Shown in pieces: positions 24,354 through 24,982 of a DNA stretch of 24,982 nucleotides. How positions within the stretch are numbered: the stretch's first letter is position 1; the number at the start of each line of letters is the position of its first letter. Under the pieces are notes generated by a model, which did no database searches, was not told the origin of the DNA, and saw only the letters and a program-made list of their open reading frames with translations. A program made the position numbers and the translations under genes. Location: the IMG/VR virus record IMGVR_UViG_3300022841_000477, positions 1 through 24,982 of that record; one strand, given 5' to 3'. This DNA comes from a virus (lineage: Duplodnaviria > Caudoviricetes).

Positions 24354-24825
24354 TTAAGGCAATAAAGGCGCACCTAGGCAAACTAGCGTGACATAAGGTT
24401 GGCGGGCCGGTTAATAATTCCGCTGGATAAGGTTCTGATGTGTGACCCAATGTCCAATTCTTTTCTTCACTCGAAAGACTTTTAAGCACTACCTCAAGCC
24501 TTGACTTGAGATGCCTATAAAACGCCAGTCCCTTGATTGTTCACGTTTGCTTAATCGGAAAAGGTTGCAGGAATTTATTAGCGCATCCATGACTGAAATT
24601 GGCACCGAGTCAGTCTTAAAAATCGTAGTAGGTGGGGTAAGGTACAGAGCCCAGAGATGTTAATTCCAAAATACCTACAGCCACCAGTGTGATTGAGCAA
24701 CTCAACAAACATGAATACGGCACTCATTATGTGGGTGCCGTATGACTTCACAATCTAACAAAACTTAAAACAATTAAAAGAAGAAAAATAATGCGAGCGA
24801 CAGCGTAGCATTGGTCTTTAGACCT
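24354..24825 (+). ncRNA. Candidate large structured non-coding RNA of unknown class
   Basis: Own promoter, no + strand ORF in the track, and many nested helices (see findings). Ends are approximate. Confidence 0.6.
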
Positions 24826-24884
24826 TTACTGATTTATACTGTAAACATCTTAAAATATATTAAGTCAAAATCTATTAGAACTAC

Positions 24885-24913
24885 TTGACTATTAGGATTA
24901 ATCAAGGTATAAT
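24885..24913 (+). promoter_or_regulatory. Sigma70-type promoter for the next gene
   Basis: TTGACT (24885-24890), 17 nt, TATAAT (24908-24913). Confidence 0.75.
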
Positions 24914-24970
24914 ATAACATCAAGAACAGGTAGTTCTTAGAATTTATTTCACACACAAAGGAAAAACAAT

Positions 24971-24982
24971 ATGTCAAATACT
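24971..24982 (+). CDS. Start of a CDS that runs off the window (MSNT...)
   Basis: SD AAAGGA followed by ATG at 24971. Confidence 0.5.

Noticed and set aside
24292-24489. 65-aa minus-strand ORF
   Set aside because: It is antisense to a promoter-led structured region, crosses that promoter and the terminator edge, starts with a non-ATG codon and has no recognisable motif.
24354-24825. RNase P RNA, group I/II intron or CRISPR array
   Set aside because: No GAGGAAAGUCC P4 signature, no flanking exons or recognisable domain V, and no regularly spaced direct repeats.

Overview
This looks like a segment of a large T4-like or jumbo dsDNA phage genome; the host is probably a Betaproteobacterium, inferred from the host-like genes. 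Almost all genes are on the + strand. From 0.4 to 9.8 kb is a late-type block driven by recurring TAAATA boxes. It encodes a nucleotidyltransferase, a ligase-fold protein, small structural and membrane proteins, an acidic scaffold-like protein, a PD-(D/E)XK exonuclease and a beta-helix tail protein. From 9.8 to 13.1 kb is a class Ia nrdA split inside its active site by a free-standing GIY-YIG-like endonuclease, with charge-complementary tails and no intron or intein. From 13.2 to 19.2 kb is an auxiliary-metabolism cluster: Fe/Mn SOD, HNH, iscU, iscA, class II aldolase, alternative oxidase, ferredoxin-NADP reductase, coq7, a probable cyoB vestige and glyA. After that come an HNH remnant, nrdB, glutaredoxin, an M15 peptidase, YbaN, cspA and a circularly permuted two-piece tmRNA (tag ATAITNEAYALAA). 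The window ends with an unannotated ~470-nt structured non-coding locus that has its own sigma70-type promoter and shares a 5' AGGC-repeat motif with the leader of a holin-like gene 20 kb away. All calls come from reading motifs by eye; no searches or folding programs were run.
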